Counted from the whole stretch's first letter, positions 36,941 to 48,633 are shown. The stretch is 63,047 nt of DNA, filler included, from Olpidium bornovanus S191 (GCA_017911155.1; 28 parts of 28 records of this genome joined end to end with filler, not necessarily neighbours in it), one strand, 5' to 3'. Notes: a model not told the origin generated them from the sequence alone. Translations and numbers: made by a program.

Positions 36941-39042
36941 TGGTTCTTATGCCTCCTGCGGGATTAAGAGATGGAGATTTAGACGACTTGTCTCATGCGT
37001 GGGGAAGCTGCCCTCTCTGGAGGAGCCTAGGGGTGTGCACCTCTCTGAATGCTACTCAGGCATCAGCTGAGTGCTTGATGTGTCGCCTTGCGCAGCTCAG
37101 GCTCTGGAATTTTTCCTGATGCGCTCCGTTTTTACCATTGCCGCGCATGGAGCCAAACTCTCCTCTCTAACACGCGAAGGTTTGAGCACCAAAAGGAAGA
37201 TTCTTTGTGAAGGACGGAGCCATGGACGCCGGCCTTTGAGCAAGGAGGAGTGTTGGGAACTACGTATGATGCACTGTGCGGGTCACGGGATCCTCAATGT
37301 GCTACTCCTTTGGGGGAGGAGCGTCCCCGACAGAACAGCAAACAAAGGAAGAAGAGAGCAAAAAACTGCAGCAATCAAAAAATCGGGCGGCCAGATTTCG
37401 TTCGACGGGAAACGGATTATTGCCGTAGCGGTATCCAAAAAATACATTAGGCTTTGAGCTCCATTCCCCACAGCTGCCAGGGGGGAAAAAATGGCCCCCT
37501 TCACTGGGAACGAGCGCGACCGCCGCACTACAAACCGCTTCTCGCCGGCTTCGCTTTGCGCGCTGGGGGGGGTGGGGTGGATGGGCGGGAACGCGGCTAT
37601 CTGCAAGCCTTTCATAGTTCAGATTTCCAAAGCGTCGGGTTACGTATGCTGTAAGACTCGCTCGACGGTCACGCTATCGAATCTGGCGTTGGTTTTGGAG
37701 GGCGGAGCGCACAGAATTCTTGGAAAAAAAATTTTCTGCAAGGTGTTTAGTGGCTATCTGCAGGCTTTTTCTTTTGTATAAAGGACGCACTCTACGGTCA
37801 CGCCATCGAATCTTGCGCTGGTTTTTGGCGGGCGCGGCGCACATAGCTCTGCCCTCATCGCAGACGCGAAAACCCAAATGAAGACCGCTTGTCCCGGCTC
37901 CCCATAGTCGTTTGGAAGCTTTTCGGCCCTCCCGCGCGTAACATAAGAACCTACAGGGGTACGGCAGCGGTTGGTGCTCGTGGTGCGTTCAGGCCAAACG
38001 TTCCAGGAGGAGCGCGCTCGAGAACGGCGAATCCGCGCGGAACACGGGGCGAACCAAAGGCAGTGAGCAAAATTGAAAAAACTAGCGGCGTTGCCGCAGG
38101 GGAGGCTGGGTCGCCGAGTCGGACGCGAACAGGAATCCGCCCTCCCGCCCAACCCCCACAAACGACGGCTTTTACGTCGCCGGCGACAAAAAGAACAAGG
38201 CGCCGCCCTATTCCGGGCCAAAACAAGGACGCTCGGTCGTCCCGCGGCAGATGCAAGAAGAAATATAGCCCTAAAACAGAGACGGAGAATTGTATATGTA
38301 TAGCGGCGGCGGAGACAGCCTCGACGAGCGAAGGCCAAGCCTCCGCCGGGAATTTCCGCACCAAAAATTGTGTTCGCGAAATCTCTTGATGGCGATTCCG
38401 CACNNNNNNNNNNNNNNNNNNNNNNNNNNNNNNNNNNNNNNNNNNNNTTAATTAATTAANNNNNNNNNNNNNNNNNNNNNNNNNNNNNNNNNNNNNNNNN
38501 NNNAAGCACTTCCACTTTCTTCCATACCTTTTAGAGCAACAACGGTCAGACCCAGCACAATGCCACCTTCCGTAACTGCTTAAACAACAAAAAAAGAGAT
38601 CGGCGGCACCGAAAAAAAAAGGGAGAGGAAGGGAGGGGACGGGGGGCGGCGGGGTGGGGGGGACGGGGGGGTTCGGGTTGAAGGGGGGGTTCGGATTGAA
38701 GGGGGGGGGTTCTGGTTGAAGGGGGCCGGGGGGGGGAGAAGGGAGGTTAAGGTTGAAGGTGGAGGACAAGGGGGGGGGAGCAGCTCGGAAATTTTGGGAA
38801 GGAAGGCCAAAATAAAATTCCCCGAGGGGGGATATTCGACGGAAAAAGGCACCCCAGGAAAAGTTTACCGGAAATGGAACCCCCTTGAAAATAGACCAAT
38901 AAAATCCATAATAAAATGTCAGCGGGGCTTCCTACCTTTTTTAAGCTTAACCTAAACCTAATACTCGATGAGTATTTGGCGCCCACCTGGCTTTTTTTCA
39001 CGGTTTATACCAGGGTAACCCTGGCATAAATATAAGAAACCT

Positions 39043-39761
39043 TTGCCGGACACACCAACCACTACACTTCACGAGTACCTCACGAAGCCAGCTCTTCGAG
39101 CTGAGTCGGAAGGACTAACCAGGCGCGCCAATTGCACTGCGCAACATGGCCTTGTTCGCGAGTTTTTGTCCTACGTCGAAGCTCACGATTTGTGCCTGAG
39201 CGATGAGCTCTCGGCCTTCCACAAGGTTTTCCCTGCGGCACCGCCGCTGATGTGGACGGTGCACAATGATCAGGTGAGATAGGTCTTGATTGCGCGTCTC
39301 TTTGTGCGGTTTAGCGACGCTTTGATCGCGGGGGCTAACGAAAGCCATGCTGTTAGCCCCGCATGCACGTCGATGGCGACGCCAATCACCTGTGCCTGGC
39401 TTTCTGCATGGAGGAGCCGGGCATTTCTGGAGGCAAATTTGTCTTGCCGGCCCGCGGCGTGTTCTTCAAGCTGGAGGACAACCTCCTGTTCTTCTTTGCA
39501 AATGAGGAACCGCATGGGACGGCCGTTATGGACCTCCCGGAGGGGCATGAGGGCCGCCTGACGATGGCTCATTCGATTCCGCGGCGTCTTTGGTCGTTCG
39601 TGACGACCAGAGGTTTTGGACCTGCGCCGGGTCTTCGGTGCTCTGAGCCTGGAGGCGATGAAGACGTTCTCAGGCACTCTGAGCCCTTGGCCGATGACGA
39701 GGGCAAAGCCTCGGGTGTCGTGGAATTAGCTGAGCACTTGGCGACGACGACGCTTGTTTGA
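39043..39761 (+). CDS. TET/JBP-like 2OG-Fe(II) dioxygenase, 5' end unresolved
   Basis: Exon to 39273, an 83-nt intron at 39274-39356 (GTGAGA...GCTAAC...TTAG), then exon 39357-39761. Spliced protein: WTVHNDQPRMHVDGD...CLAFC...GGKFVLPARGVFFKL...LLFF...HGT...GRLTM, giving the HxD...H...RxT set. Confidence 0.7.
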
Positions 39762-40330
39762 GGTGAGGGGCGAATCGGGATTACGGTCAAGGTATTTGGC
39801 GACGGCGTCTCGGGCATTGACGGGGTTTTCCTCGTCTTCCCAGGTGGCTTCGGCCCTGTCGTAGCCAAGCCAAAGGACGAGGTATTGTTTTTTTCCGCGC
39901 CGAACACGCTTCCCAATTACCGCTTCTACCTTGTACTCGTCGTTCTCGGAGCGTGGCCGGCTGACCTTCCTTCCTTTGCCCGGTTCCTTGTACTTCTGCA
40001 GGAGCGAGACGTGGAAGACAGGATGGATCTGGGCGAAGGGTGGAGGAAGTGCCAGCGTATAGTTGTCCTTTTTGTCTTTGTCGGTGACAAGAAAAGGGCT
40101 AACATAGGGCGCTGCGTATTTTCGGGATAGCGGTTTTTCCTCGTGCCGGAGGCCTTCTCGGAGGAGAAGTGGATGTCTTTTCGCCGTGAGTTGCACGCCT
40201 TGGCTTGTCGGGCTTGAGCTCTCTTCAAGGCGTCCTGCGCCTTTTGGAGCTTGGCAGATAAATTGGCCAGGGGACTGTCCTTCCGGATGCCGTCAAGGCC
40301 ACGAAAGTCAGTCCCGAAGGCCAACATGTG
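39726..40330 (-). mobile_element. Ty3/Gypsy chromovirus remnant: integrase C-terminus and chromodomain
   Basis: AQDALKRAQARQAK, a frameshift, then YVSPFLV...YTLALP...IHPVFHVSLLQKY and EYKVEAVIGKRVRRGKKQYLVLWLGYDRAEATWEDEEN. Confidence 0.92.
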
Positions 40331-40454
40331 NNNNNNNNNNNNNNNNNNNNNNNNNNNNNNNNNNNNNNNNNNNNTTAATTAATTAANNNNNNNNNNNNNN
40401 NNNNNNNNNNNNNNNNNNNNNNNNNNNNNNCCGCGGGGGGGGGGGGGGGGGCCC

Positions 40455-40494
<40 letters not shown>

Positions 40495-40756
40495 TCTCGC
40501 GTCAGAAGCTCTTGAACTGAAAACGGGCGAACCGGGCCTCCCCGTTCGACGCGAACTCTTATACCGCGTTCCCCGTTGCGCCCTCGTATCCCAGAGATCG
40601 CCCCGGCGCTGAGGAAGGTTCCAAAGTCTGAAGGAGCGAGTAAGCCGGGCGGACGCGTGGTGCGCGGGCGGCGCGCTCGTCCCCCCTCCGCTTTGCGCCG
40701 CACCAGTCGCAGCCTCCCGGAGACCAACGGTCCCGATTGCGGGAACCCCCCACGCT

Positions 40757-40788
<32 letters not shown>

Positions 40789-40829
40789 TTCCCCCCACCC
40801 CCCCCCCCCCCCCCCCCCCCCCGCGCGCG

Positions 40830-40860
<31 letters not shown>

Positions 40861-40901
40861 CGCTGATCCTCGTGTTTCTCCCAAAACGAGGCTCGTCACA
40901 G

Positions 40902-41634
40902 CCGTCGAAGGGCCAACCGTGACCAGCAACATCGCTCCGGAACTTCTGGGCCGCCTGCGATCCATGGAGGCGGATGCCGTTCTGCACGCTGAAGCCGGCC
41001 GGCTCGACGAAGCTATCGACGAGCTGAACAAATGCATCAACGTCTGCGGGGACTACGCTTCGGCCTATAATAACCGGTACGCGGTTCTTCGGGCCGGAAG
41101 GCTTGTGGAATCGATGGTTCGGACATCGGCCTGCTTTGTTGTTGTTCGTGCCTGCCAAAACTCCATGCACTTCTTTTTTTCTTTTTTGGGACCGCCACAT
41201 CTTTGGGAATTCTCCCGCAGAGCCCAAGCGTACAGGTTGAAGGGCGAGAACGACAAGGCCAAGGACGACCTGGACAAGGCGATATTGCTCGCGGGGGGAG
41301 ACAAGGCGGTGCTGAACAAGGTTTGTCACAAAGTACCGGACGTATTCGAAAGGGAGTTTTCTCGGGAAAAATTTTTTCCGTGCCGGGTCGCTGGGCAACA
41401 CCCTCAATCCCGAGTCTACAGGCCTACACCCAGCGAGGTGCATTGCACAAAGCATTGGGCAACGAAGACACCGCCCTCGCAGACCTGGAAAAGGGTGCCG
41501 AGTACGGTAACCCGATCGCATCGGGCGCCGCCGTCAGCATGAACCCCTACGCGAAGTTGTGCAACGCCATTGTCAGCGAAGTTATGGAGGCGGAGTTGAG
41601 AAAAGGGCTCGGCAAAGATAAGGCGGAGCAGTAA
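40902..41634 (+). CDS. TTC36: Tetratricopeptide repeat protein 36 homologue, first exon unresolved
   Basis: Spliced AEAGRLDEAI...ASAYNNR|AQAYRLKG...DLDKAI|AYTQRG...GNPIA...MNPYAKLCNAIV matches TTC36 (SAYNNRAQ, NPYAALCN). Confidence 0.88.
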
Positions 41635-42118
41635 TCAAAAAAGAAAACAAAAGAGGAAAAAAAAACAAAAAAAAGGAAAAACTGAGGTGCGAACAATGGA
41701 AATAGGAACAGAACGGACCACCCGTCTCGCGACTGAACCAGTCGTGTGCTTTACGGGCCGAAGAAAAGGTTCGTATTCAAGTTGGCCCTCGAACGGCAGA
41801 CATCGAGCCCACTTCAAAACAGTACTGCTGTGCTGGTAGTGATAATGATTTGGCTTTCTCCCAATAGTGCTGAGGTTACCCTGGGTTCCCACTTCCGCAT
41901 GAGGGCGTGAGGCTGACTTACCAGGGGAAATAACAGGCGACCACGATTTCTGTTTAGTCGATTGCATTCATTCACTTACTAATCCGCGTTATCTGGAACG
42001 GGCGATTATTTTGTCCACNNNNNNNNNNNNNNNNNNNNNNNNNNNNNNNNNNNNNNNNNNNNTTAATTAATTAANNNNNNNNNNNNNNNNNNNNNNNNNN
42101 NNNNNNNNNNNNNNNNNN

Positions 42119-43040
42119 CATGGATAACACAGCGGGCGCTGCGCGGAGGGGCACATCATCGACGGAAGAGTGAGCGGAGAGCAACGCTTTTCCGCGACCG
42201 GCAGATTTTACCTCACGAAAAGCATACCAAACACCAGAGATCTTAACCTCGGATCCATCGGGTCGATGTCGGCGTCGGGATTGCTATCTGTCGTTGCCGT
42301 GCGAAACCCGTCAGCGGGGCAGACGGCCTAATTTACGCGCTTGACGCGCCTCTCGACCACACACACCTGTTAAAACTGTTTGGTAAGGCATCGACTCAAT
42401 CTTGTCCAAAACGGCGGTGCTGAAGAGACATCCTTTTCTCCACATCTTTACCACTCTCTGGACCTTGTCCTTAGAACGACGGTCAAAGCGAAAATCACGA
42501 CGCTTTTGGTTAACTACCGTAGCCGACGGAAAAACACGTTCACAACGCTTGACTGACTTACCCAGTCTTTTCCAGAGCAGTGAGTGATGTGAGGATATAT
42601 GTCCGGCAGCCTCTTCTGGAAGGCCTCGACGTACTCCGAGTCCGGAACAGTTTTCTTGTTGGTAAGGATCGCGTGCAAGACGTAAAGGCCTGCCAGCTTA
42701 TAGTCCGCCGGGCAGGCGGTGAGAAACTTCTCGACGCTTTTTACGACGAACCAGTGATGCTGCGTTCGGTTCGATGGGAAGTGGTCGAAGGACGAAGACG
42801 AAAAGTAAAGGGCCGGATGTCAGGTAGTGTGCGAAACCGCGGGACGACGGGACAACGGCGTTTGAGTTGACGCGGAAGAGTCCAACAAGGGTGGCGTGCG
42901 TGAGTCGTCCGGGCAGCAAGGGCCCGACCTTCGAACCCGCGCGTCGTTGTCGACAAGGACTGCGGGCGGCCGAGGCCAGCAACAAGCCAACTCGACATCA
43001 AAGGCGCGGTCCGAAACGGTCGCCCCGAAAGGGGGCGGCG

Positions 43041-43072
<32 letters not shown>

Positions 43073-43414
43073 AGGGGGAAGTTGGGAAGACGAAGGACAG
43101 GAACGCGAAACAAGCGTGAAGGCGACAGACTTTCCGGCGCCGACTGGAAAAACCGGGGAACGAGCAAAAAGCCACCGGCGTGCGCCCCGGCCTCTCGAGG
43201 TTCTCTTTTCCCGACCGCCCCTTTTTCCCCGGAGGCCTCTTTCCGTTTTTTTTTTTTTTTTTAATTCCTTTTTCTTTACCTGCAGGTTCGTCGCCGCAAG
43301 GGTCGTCAAGCGGTCGATCTTGGACGCCGACACGGGAAGCCTCGAGTCCAGCAGGGCGACCATTTCCCTGTCGAACTCTGCGCAGTCCTCGGACGGCGGC
43401 GCGGACAAGGCCAT
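42119..43414 (-). CDS. CTD-interacting domain (CID) protein, Seb1/Nrd1/SCAF8-like, 3'-partial
   Basis: ATG at 43414. EFDREMVALLDSRLPVSASKIDRLTTLA|VVKSVEKFLTACPADYKLAGLYVLHAI|DKVQRVVKMWRK. Confidence 0.82.
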
Positions 43415-43497
43415 GGTTTTTGCGGCTCGCCTCGCTTTGGAAGAGGGGGGAGGGGGGAGGAAGAAAGGGACCCGGAAAAAGAAGAAAGGCGACGGGA

Positions 43498-43550
<53 letters not shown>

Positions 43551-44674
43551 GGTGGGGCGGGGCGGGCAGAAAGGGAGAGGATGAGGAACAGGAAGAGGAA
43601 GGAAGAGGGAAGAGGAAGGAAGAGGGAAGGAGAGAGGAAAAAAAAAAGGGGGGGGGGGGGAAACCACCACATACACGGCGGGGGTTTTTTGTGTTTGCGC
43701 CCGAGACGTGATCGGGAAACTTTATTTATTTATTTTTTTTTATTTTTAATGCTCGCCCCGCCACACCACCACCCTCTCACACCCTTTTTTTTCACGCCCG
43801 CTCTCAGCTGAGAGAGGGACGAGGAGGCCGGGAAGCGCGGAGGGGCACCCGCGAGCTTCCCGCCGTCCTGACAGCGCCTGCGGAGAGCATCGCGAAGGGA
43901 ACACGTCGGTCGTGCGGCCGGAAAGCAACGCGCGGCGCCCAGCGGCGCCGCCCCCGAGATCGTGTCTGCTGCGCGCGCCCATCCGTCTCCCTTCGGGTTC
44001 CCGGCGGGGAAGAACACCGGCGGCGACAATCACGGTCTGGCCCCGAAACTGCCGCCGCCCGATCGTCGGCAGGTCGCACGCGAAAAAAACTTTCCTCCTT
44101 GCCGGTGGGAAGTCCGCCTAGGTTCCGCCTAGGCCTGGGCACCCGCTCCCGCTTAGTTCGACTAGTGTTTTGCGGGGCGGGACAAAGCTCTGATGCGCGG
44201 CTGTCTCCTTCAGCGTCTTGCAGGCGAACGCGCCGTGTTCGGGTCCACCACCGCGTGCCGCGTCCGTGTCGGTGCAGCGCTCTTCCCTTGCCTTTTAGCA
44301 TGCTGTCCCACGCGGCTACGCCGGTTCGACGACATGGACCCGAGGAACGGAACAGAGACAAGGCGACACTTTTGGAGGAGGGCGGAGCCAGGCGCGGTCA
44401 CCGACGGCCCGGCGATATCCCCACGAAATCGTCGGGCCGTTACGAAAGCCGTGCTTCGCCAGCCGCGCTGCCGTTGTCGCATGCAGCGGCCGGAACCGAC
44501 CACCGTATCAGCTGGAGCGGGAAGCGAAAGCAACGGTTGGGTGCAACCCAAAATGCGTCCCTTCGCGCCGAGTGTCTGCGACGCGTAAACGGCGCTCTCA
44601 GGCGATCTGGGTCGATAGCGCCACCGCCAGAAGCTCCCCAACCGCTGTCACGCATACCGCTCGCACTCACCAGG

Positions 44675-45002
44675 ATGGGCAGTCACCCGCCGCCCATGAT
44701 CAAACGACAGGGATACCACCCGGCAAACCTCCGGCTTCGACAGCCGGACTCCGCTGCAGTCAATCGAATAGTGAAAGCTGTTTCTCAAGCGTGGATTCGT
44801 GCGGCGCGAAAATCCATTAAAGCGCAAGATCACGCCCGCAAAGCAGCTTTGCAGCGCGCCTTACTAGCTTGGAAGCTTGGCGCCGATGCGAAGCGGCGCC
44901 AGTGGCGGAACGGCATTCGGGCCAGTGCAAGGTTCCGCAGTGTAGTCACGCGGATTGCTTGGGAAGCCTGGACACGAGGCGTGATCTTGCGAACGTCCAT
45001 GC
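44675..45002 (+). CDS. Possible Sfi1-like centrin-binding repeat protein fragment
   Basis: AQDHARKAALQRALLAWK and ASARFRSVVTRIAWEAWTR fit the Sfi1 spacing A-x7-LL-x3-F/L-x2-W. The frame is open to the contig end. Confidence 0.4.
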
Positions 45003-45116
45003 NNNNNNNNNNNNNNNNNNNNNNNNNNNNNNNNNNNNNNNNNNNNTTAATTAATTAANNNNNNNNNNNNNNNNNNNNNNNNNNNNNNNNNNNNNNNNNN
45101 NNCCCCCGCCCGGCCG

Positions 45117-45179
<63 letters not shown>

Positions 45180-45472
45180 CCCGCCGCCGCCGCCGCCCCG
45201 CCCCGCCTGCAGCGCCCCCGCTCTCTCTCTCTTTGCTCTGTCTCCATCTTGCCGTCCTCGTTTCTCGGTCGGTCGGTCGTCGCCGTCGTCGCCTTCGCCG
45301 TCCTCGTCGCCCCCCGCCCTCCTCGACGTTCCTCCTCCCCCGCGGGCCCCAACGCCGGGCGCCCTTCCCGCCCCGCCGCCGCCCACGCGTCGCGTGTTCG
45401 GGTTGTGTTTCGGTCCGGTCGATAGAAAAGAGTGGCTGACGGAGAGAGAAACAGGAGAGAGAGCGGGGAAAA

Positions 45473-45508
<36 letters not shown>

Positions 45509-45837
45509 CCCCCCCCCCCCCCCCCCCCACCCCCCCCCCCCCCCCCCCCCCCCCCCAACGGCCTGTCGCGTAACAGCCCGAACCGTCCGCGCCGCTGCTG
45601 CTGCCCGCTTCAAGGGCTCCCGAGGCCTAGAACGTCGTTCCCCGGGCCCGCGGGGAAAAAGCGGTTCCCGAATCTTGGGCCGCGGAAAGGCGCGCAGCGC
45701 GCAGCCCGCTGAGCGGCCGCGTCGAAACCGCCGCGGGGAGCGGGCGGGGGTGGGGAAAGGGGGAAAAAGGAAAAGAAAAAAGGGAAGGGGGCGAGCGGGG
45801 GGGGGGGGAAAGGGGAGAAGACGGTCAGCCGGTCGCC

Positions 45838-46440
45838 ATGTTCGCCCGCGTCGGCTTGCTGTCGACGGCGCACCGCGGCGGCGGCGGCGCTCGGCCGTTC
45901 AGGATGCCAGAGTACAAGAAGGGCCTGCACCCCGTCGAGATGGCGAAGAGGGCCGCGGCGCGGGCCAGAAAGATCGCGCTGAAGAACAGGCCCGGCGCCG
46001 CCGCGGCGCCGGCCGACCACCGGATCGAGCTCCAGAAGCAGTACCTCTTCGACGCGCCGAGCGCCCGCCTCGCGCAGCACCGGGCCCGGCCGCCGCCGCC
46101 GCCCGAGGACAAGGTCCGCCGGGCCGTTGTCGAGGCCGCGTGGAAGGCGCACTCGGACGCGGTGCGCGAGCGGAGGGCGGAGAGGCTGCGGTACCAGTGC
46201 GGGCGCGTCCGCGCCGCGCTCGACGAGCTGCGCGCAGAAGACCCGGAGCTCTTCACCGGCGCCGCCCGGAGCCTCGACCGCGAGGTGTTCGAGGACCCCG
46301 TCCTCAAGGGAGACGATCCCATCCGCACCGTGGTCGGCCCGCTCTTGCCGCACTGGAGGAAGGCGCCCGTCCTGACGCCCGGCCGCGGCGGCTGGCAGCA
46401 CGAACCCGTCATCAAGCTCAAGGCCTCAAAGACGGGGTGA
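45838..46440 (+). CDS. Mitochondrial ribosomal protein mL40 (yeast MRPL28 family)-like
   Basis: Intronless 200-aa ORF with an Arg-rich presequence-like N-terminus and VVEAAWK...RVRAALDELRAEDPELF...PVLTPGRGGW. Confidence 0.65.
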   Translation: MFARVGLLSTAHRGGGGARPFRMPEYKKGLHPVEMAKRAAARARKIALKNRPGAAAAPADHRIELQKQYLFDAPSARLAQHRARPPPPPEDKVRRAVVEAAWKAHSDAVRERRAERLRYQCGRVRAALDELRAEDPELFTGAARSLDREVFEDPVLKGDDPIRTVVGPLLPHWRKAPVLTPGRGGWQHEPVIKLKASKTG

Positions 46441-46579
46441 AGTCCCCCTCCGGCAGGGCGACCACGTTATTAGCGCGGGGACGGTGGCTTCGAGCAGCGT
46501 TAGGCGGGAGACGGGGGAACGCTTGTCGGTGCACACTCCATTCGGTAGAAAGCGAGAGATAGAGAGAGAGAGAAAGGGG

Positions 46580-46622
<43 letters not shown>

Positions 46623-47059
46623 GGGAGCCTCAGGCCAAATGCGAGTTTTCTTGGGGGGGTTTTATTTTGCCGTGCAACAATTTCGGCGGAGCGTGCTCCA
46701 TATTGCACCAAAAAATAAAATGAAATAGAAAGGCACAATCGACAAATCCCGCTACCCCATTTAATCTCTCCTAAAAAAACGAAAAAAAAAAAACAAGAAT
46801 AGAAAAAGCGCGTCTGCGGCGCGGCAGGACGTTAACACGTCAGGGTTAGTGCGTTTGGTTCCCCCCCCCCCGGCCCCTTCCTTTGCGGTTTGCCGGCCGA
46901 GCTGATGGGGTGGGTGTGTGTGTGTGTGTGTGTGTGGTGTGTGTGTGTGTTTAGGGGGAGATAGATGGCTGGAATCGGCCTGGGCCTCCTCCTTCCCACC
47001 CTATAATCCTTACTGCCTTCCGTCCCTCCCCCCCCCCTTTCCCCCGCCCCCCCCCACCC

Positions 47060-47290
47060 TGTTATAAAAGTAGAGCCGAGAGGGTATTCGGGAACCCGCA
47101 GGCGGAGGAGCGGTGAACCCGTAAGACCGGTAGAAGGAAGAAAACTATATTTTTTGTCGACTTTCTAGCTCGGCGAGGCCTACTTTATATCTCGGGGATC
47201 TGGCGATTCTACAAGTGCGCACAGGGACTGGTGTGCGTAGTGTGCCCGCTGCGCAGCGTCCCCCTTTATTTTTACCCCTTTATTCCAACA
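47060..47290 (-). repeat. Putative 231-bp Copia LTR
   Basis: Ends are TGTTGGAATA...CTTTTATAACA (TG..CA, TGTT/AACA inverted termini). It contains an ATATAAAG TATA-like box and follows the PPT-like tract. Confidence 0.75.
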
Positions 47291-47788
47291 CCCAGCCTCA
47301 CTAGCATACCTGGCCCATGGTCGCCTTGTAATCTATGACTATTCGCGCGTCTTCCTTCGGAAACTTCCCTTCGGACGGTTTCTCGTTTGAGCCTTCCCTT
47401 CGCCTGGCGAGCGATGCTTAGACCAACCTTTCTCGGAATTTCTCGAATTTAACCCGATCGAGCGGCTTCGTGCATATATCGGCAATATTGTCAGCCGAGG
47501 CTATGCGCTTGATGTCGATCGTCTTGTCCGCTGTGCACTTCCGGAGGTGGTGGTATCTGATGTTTATGTGCTTCGACCTTCTCGAGGCCTTCGCGTTTGC
47601 CGCCAATTCCGCTGCCCCTGAGTTGTCTATGAACAACGAGGTCGGTTTCTCGACGACGCCGTAGTCAATGCTTTTGAACATGGATCTCAACCAGGTGACT
47701 TCTTGTGCCGCCGCTGATCCTGCTACGAACTCGGCCTCGCATGACGACGTGGCCACGCACTTTTGGCGGGTTGATCTCCAAGAGATCG
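47060..47788 (-). mobile_element. Ty1/Copia element 3' end: intact RNase H ORF, PPT-like tract and 3' LTR
   Basis: ISWRSTRQKCVATSSCEAEFVA...IDNSGA...SKHINIRYHHLR...NIADICTKPL ends with a stop at 47418. AGTGAGGCTGGG is followed directly by TGTTGG. Confidence 0.93.
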
Positions 47789-47888
47789 NNNNNNNNNNNN
47801 NNNNNNNNNNNNNNNNNNNNNNNNNNNNNNNNTTAATTAATTAANNNNNNNNNNNNNNNNNNNNNNNNNNNNNNNNNNNNNNNNNNNN

Positions 47889-48300
47889 TAGACAGTCACC
47901 TATTGTCCCTCGGAATATGCTCGAAAGTCCCCTTGACAAGAAGAGACATTCATCCATAACAACTCCATACTGTAACACCGCCACGGTATACTGCTGTGGC
48001 AGCGGCATGTAGTCAAGTGCAAATGTAGGGCGATCGAATTCTGGTCTGATATATTTCGGAATGCTCCAAACGCCGTTTATCGTGCCGTCGTACGTGCTTA
48101 ATGAAATGCTGGAGAGGAAACAGCCCACGCAGGACCGCGCGCGACTGGAGCCAATTTTACTAAACTTTAAGGCAACGGGGAGTCGCTCACGGCATATGAC
48201 GAGTCGTACATAGAGGCAGCAGCACTTGGTAGGCGTGGTGCATTCCGTGGGCCAGTCGAAGTTGGCGTAGGGGCCCTGTCGCACTTCTTTCACGTGCCCC
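47889..48300 (-). CDS. Hypothetical coding fragment divergent from the PX gene
   Basis: Protein-like segments VRQGPYANFDWPTEC and YDGTINGVWSIPKYIRPEFDRPTF in a frame that is open to the contig edge. No family recognised. Confidence 0.25.
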
Positions 48301-48633
48301 GCAGGTGGAGGAGCACCCCCTATCGTCTGGCCAGCGCGTTCTGGTTTCGCCAAACAGGCAACGACGGCCCACATGCCGCCGCCGCCATGGGAGGGCGGGC
48401 CGCGCACCCTGGCAGCCCCGTCAGCCCCGGCGCAGGAGCCACCGCAATGTCCGCGCTGTCCACGCGCCGCCGCCGGACTGACCGCACGCCGAGGGGCCCG
48501 TGCCGGATCGCCGTCGCCAGCTCGCCGCCCAACCCCCGGAAAAGGGACCCCGCTCACCCGATCGGGAGGAGGATCGGCCGCCCCGTCGGGCTTCCCCGTC
48601 GCCGACGGGGCCAGGTATCCGCCGCTCGCGTTC

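Noticed and set aside
38660-38725. PFNPNP coding repeat on the minus strand
   Set aside because: It is an 18-bp G-rich repeat in low-complexity sequence, with no start or domain to support translation.
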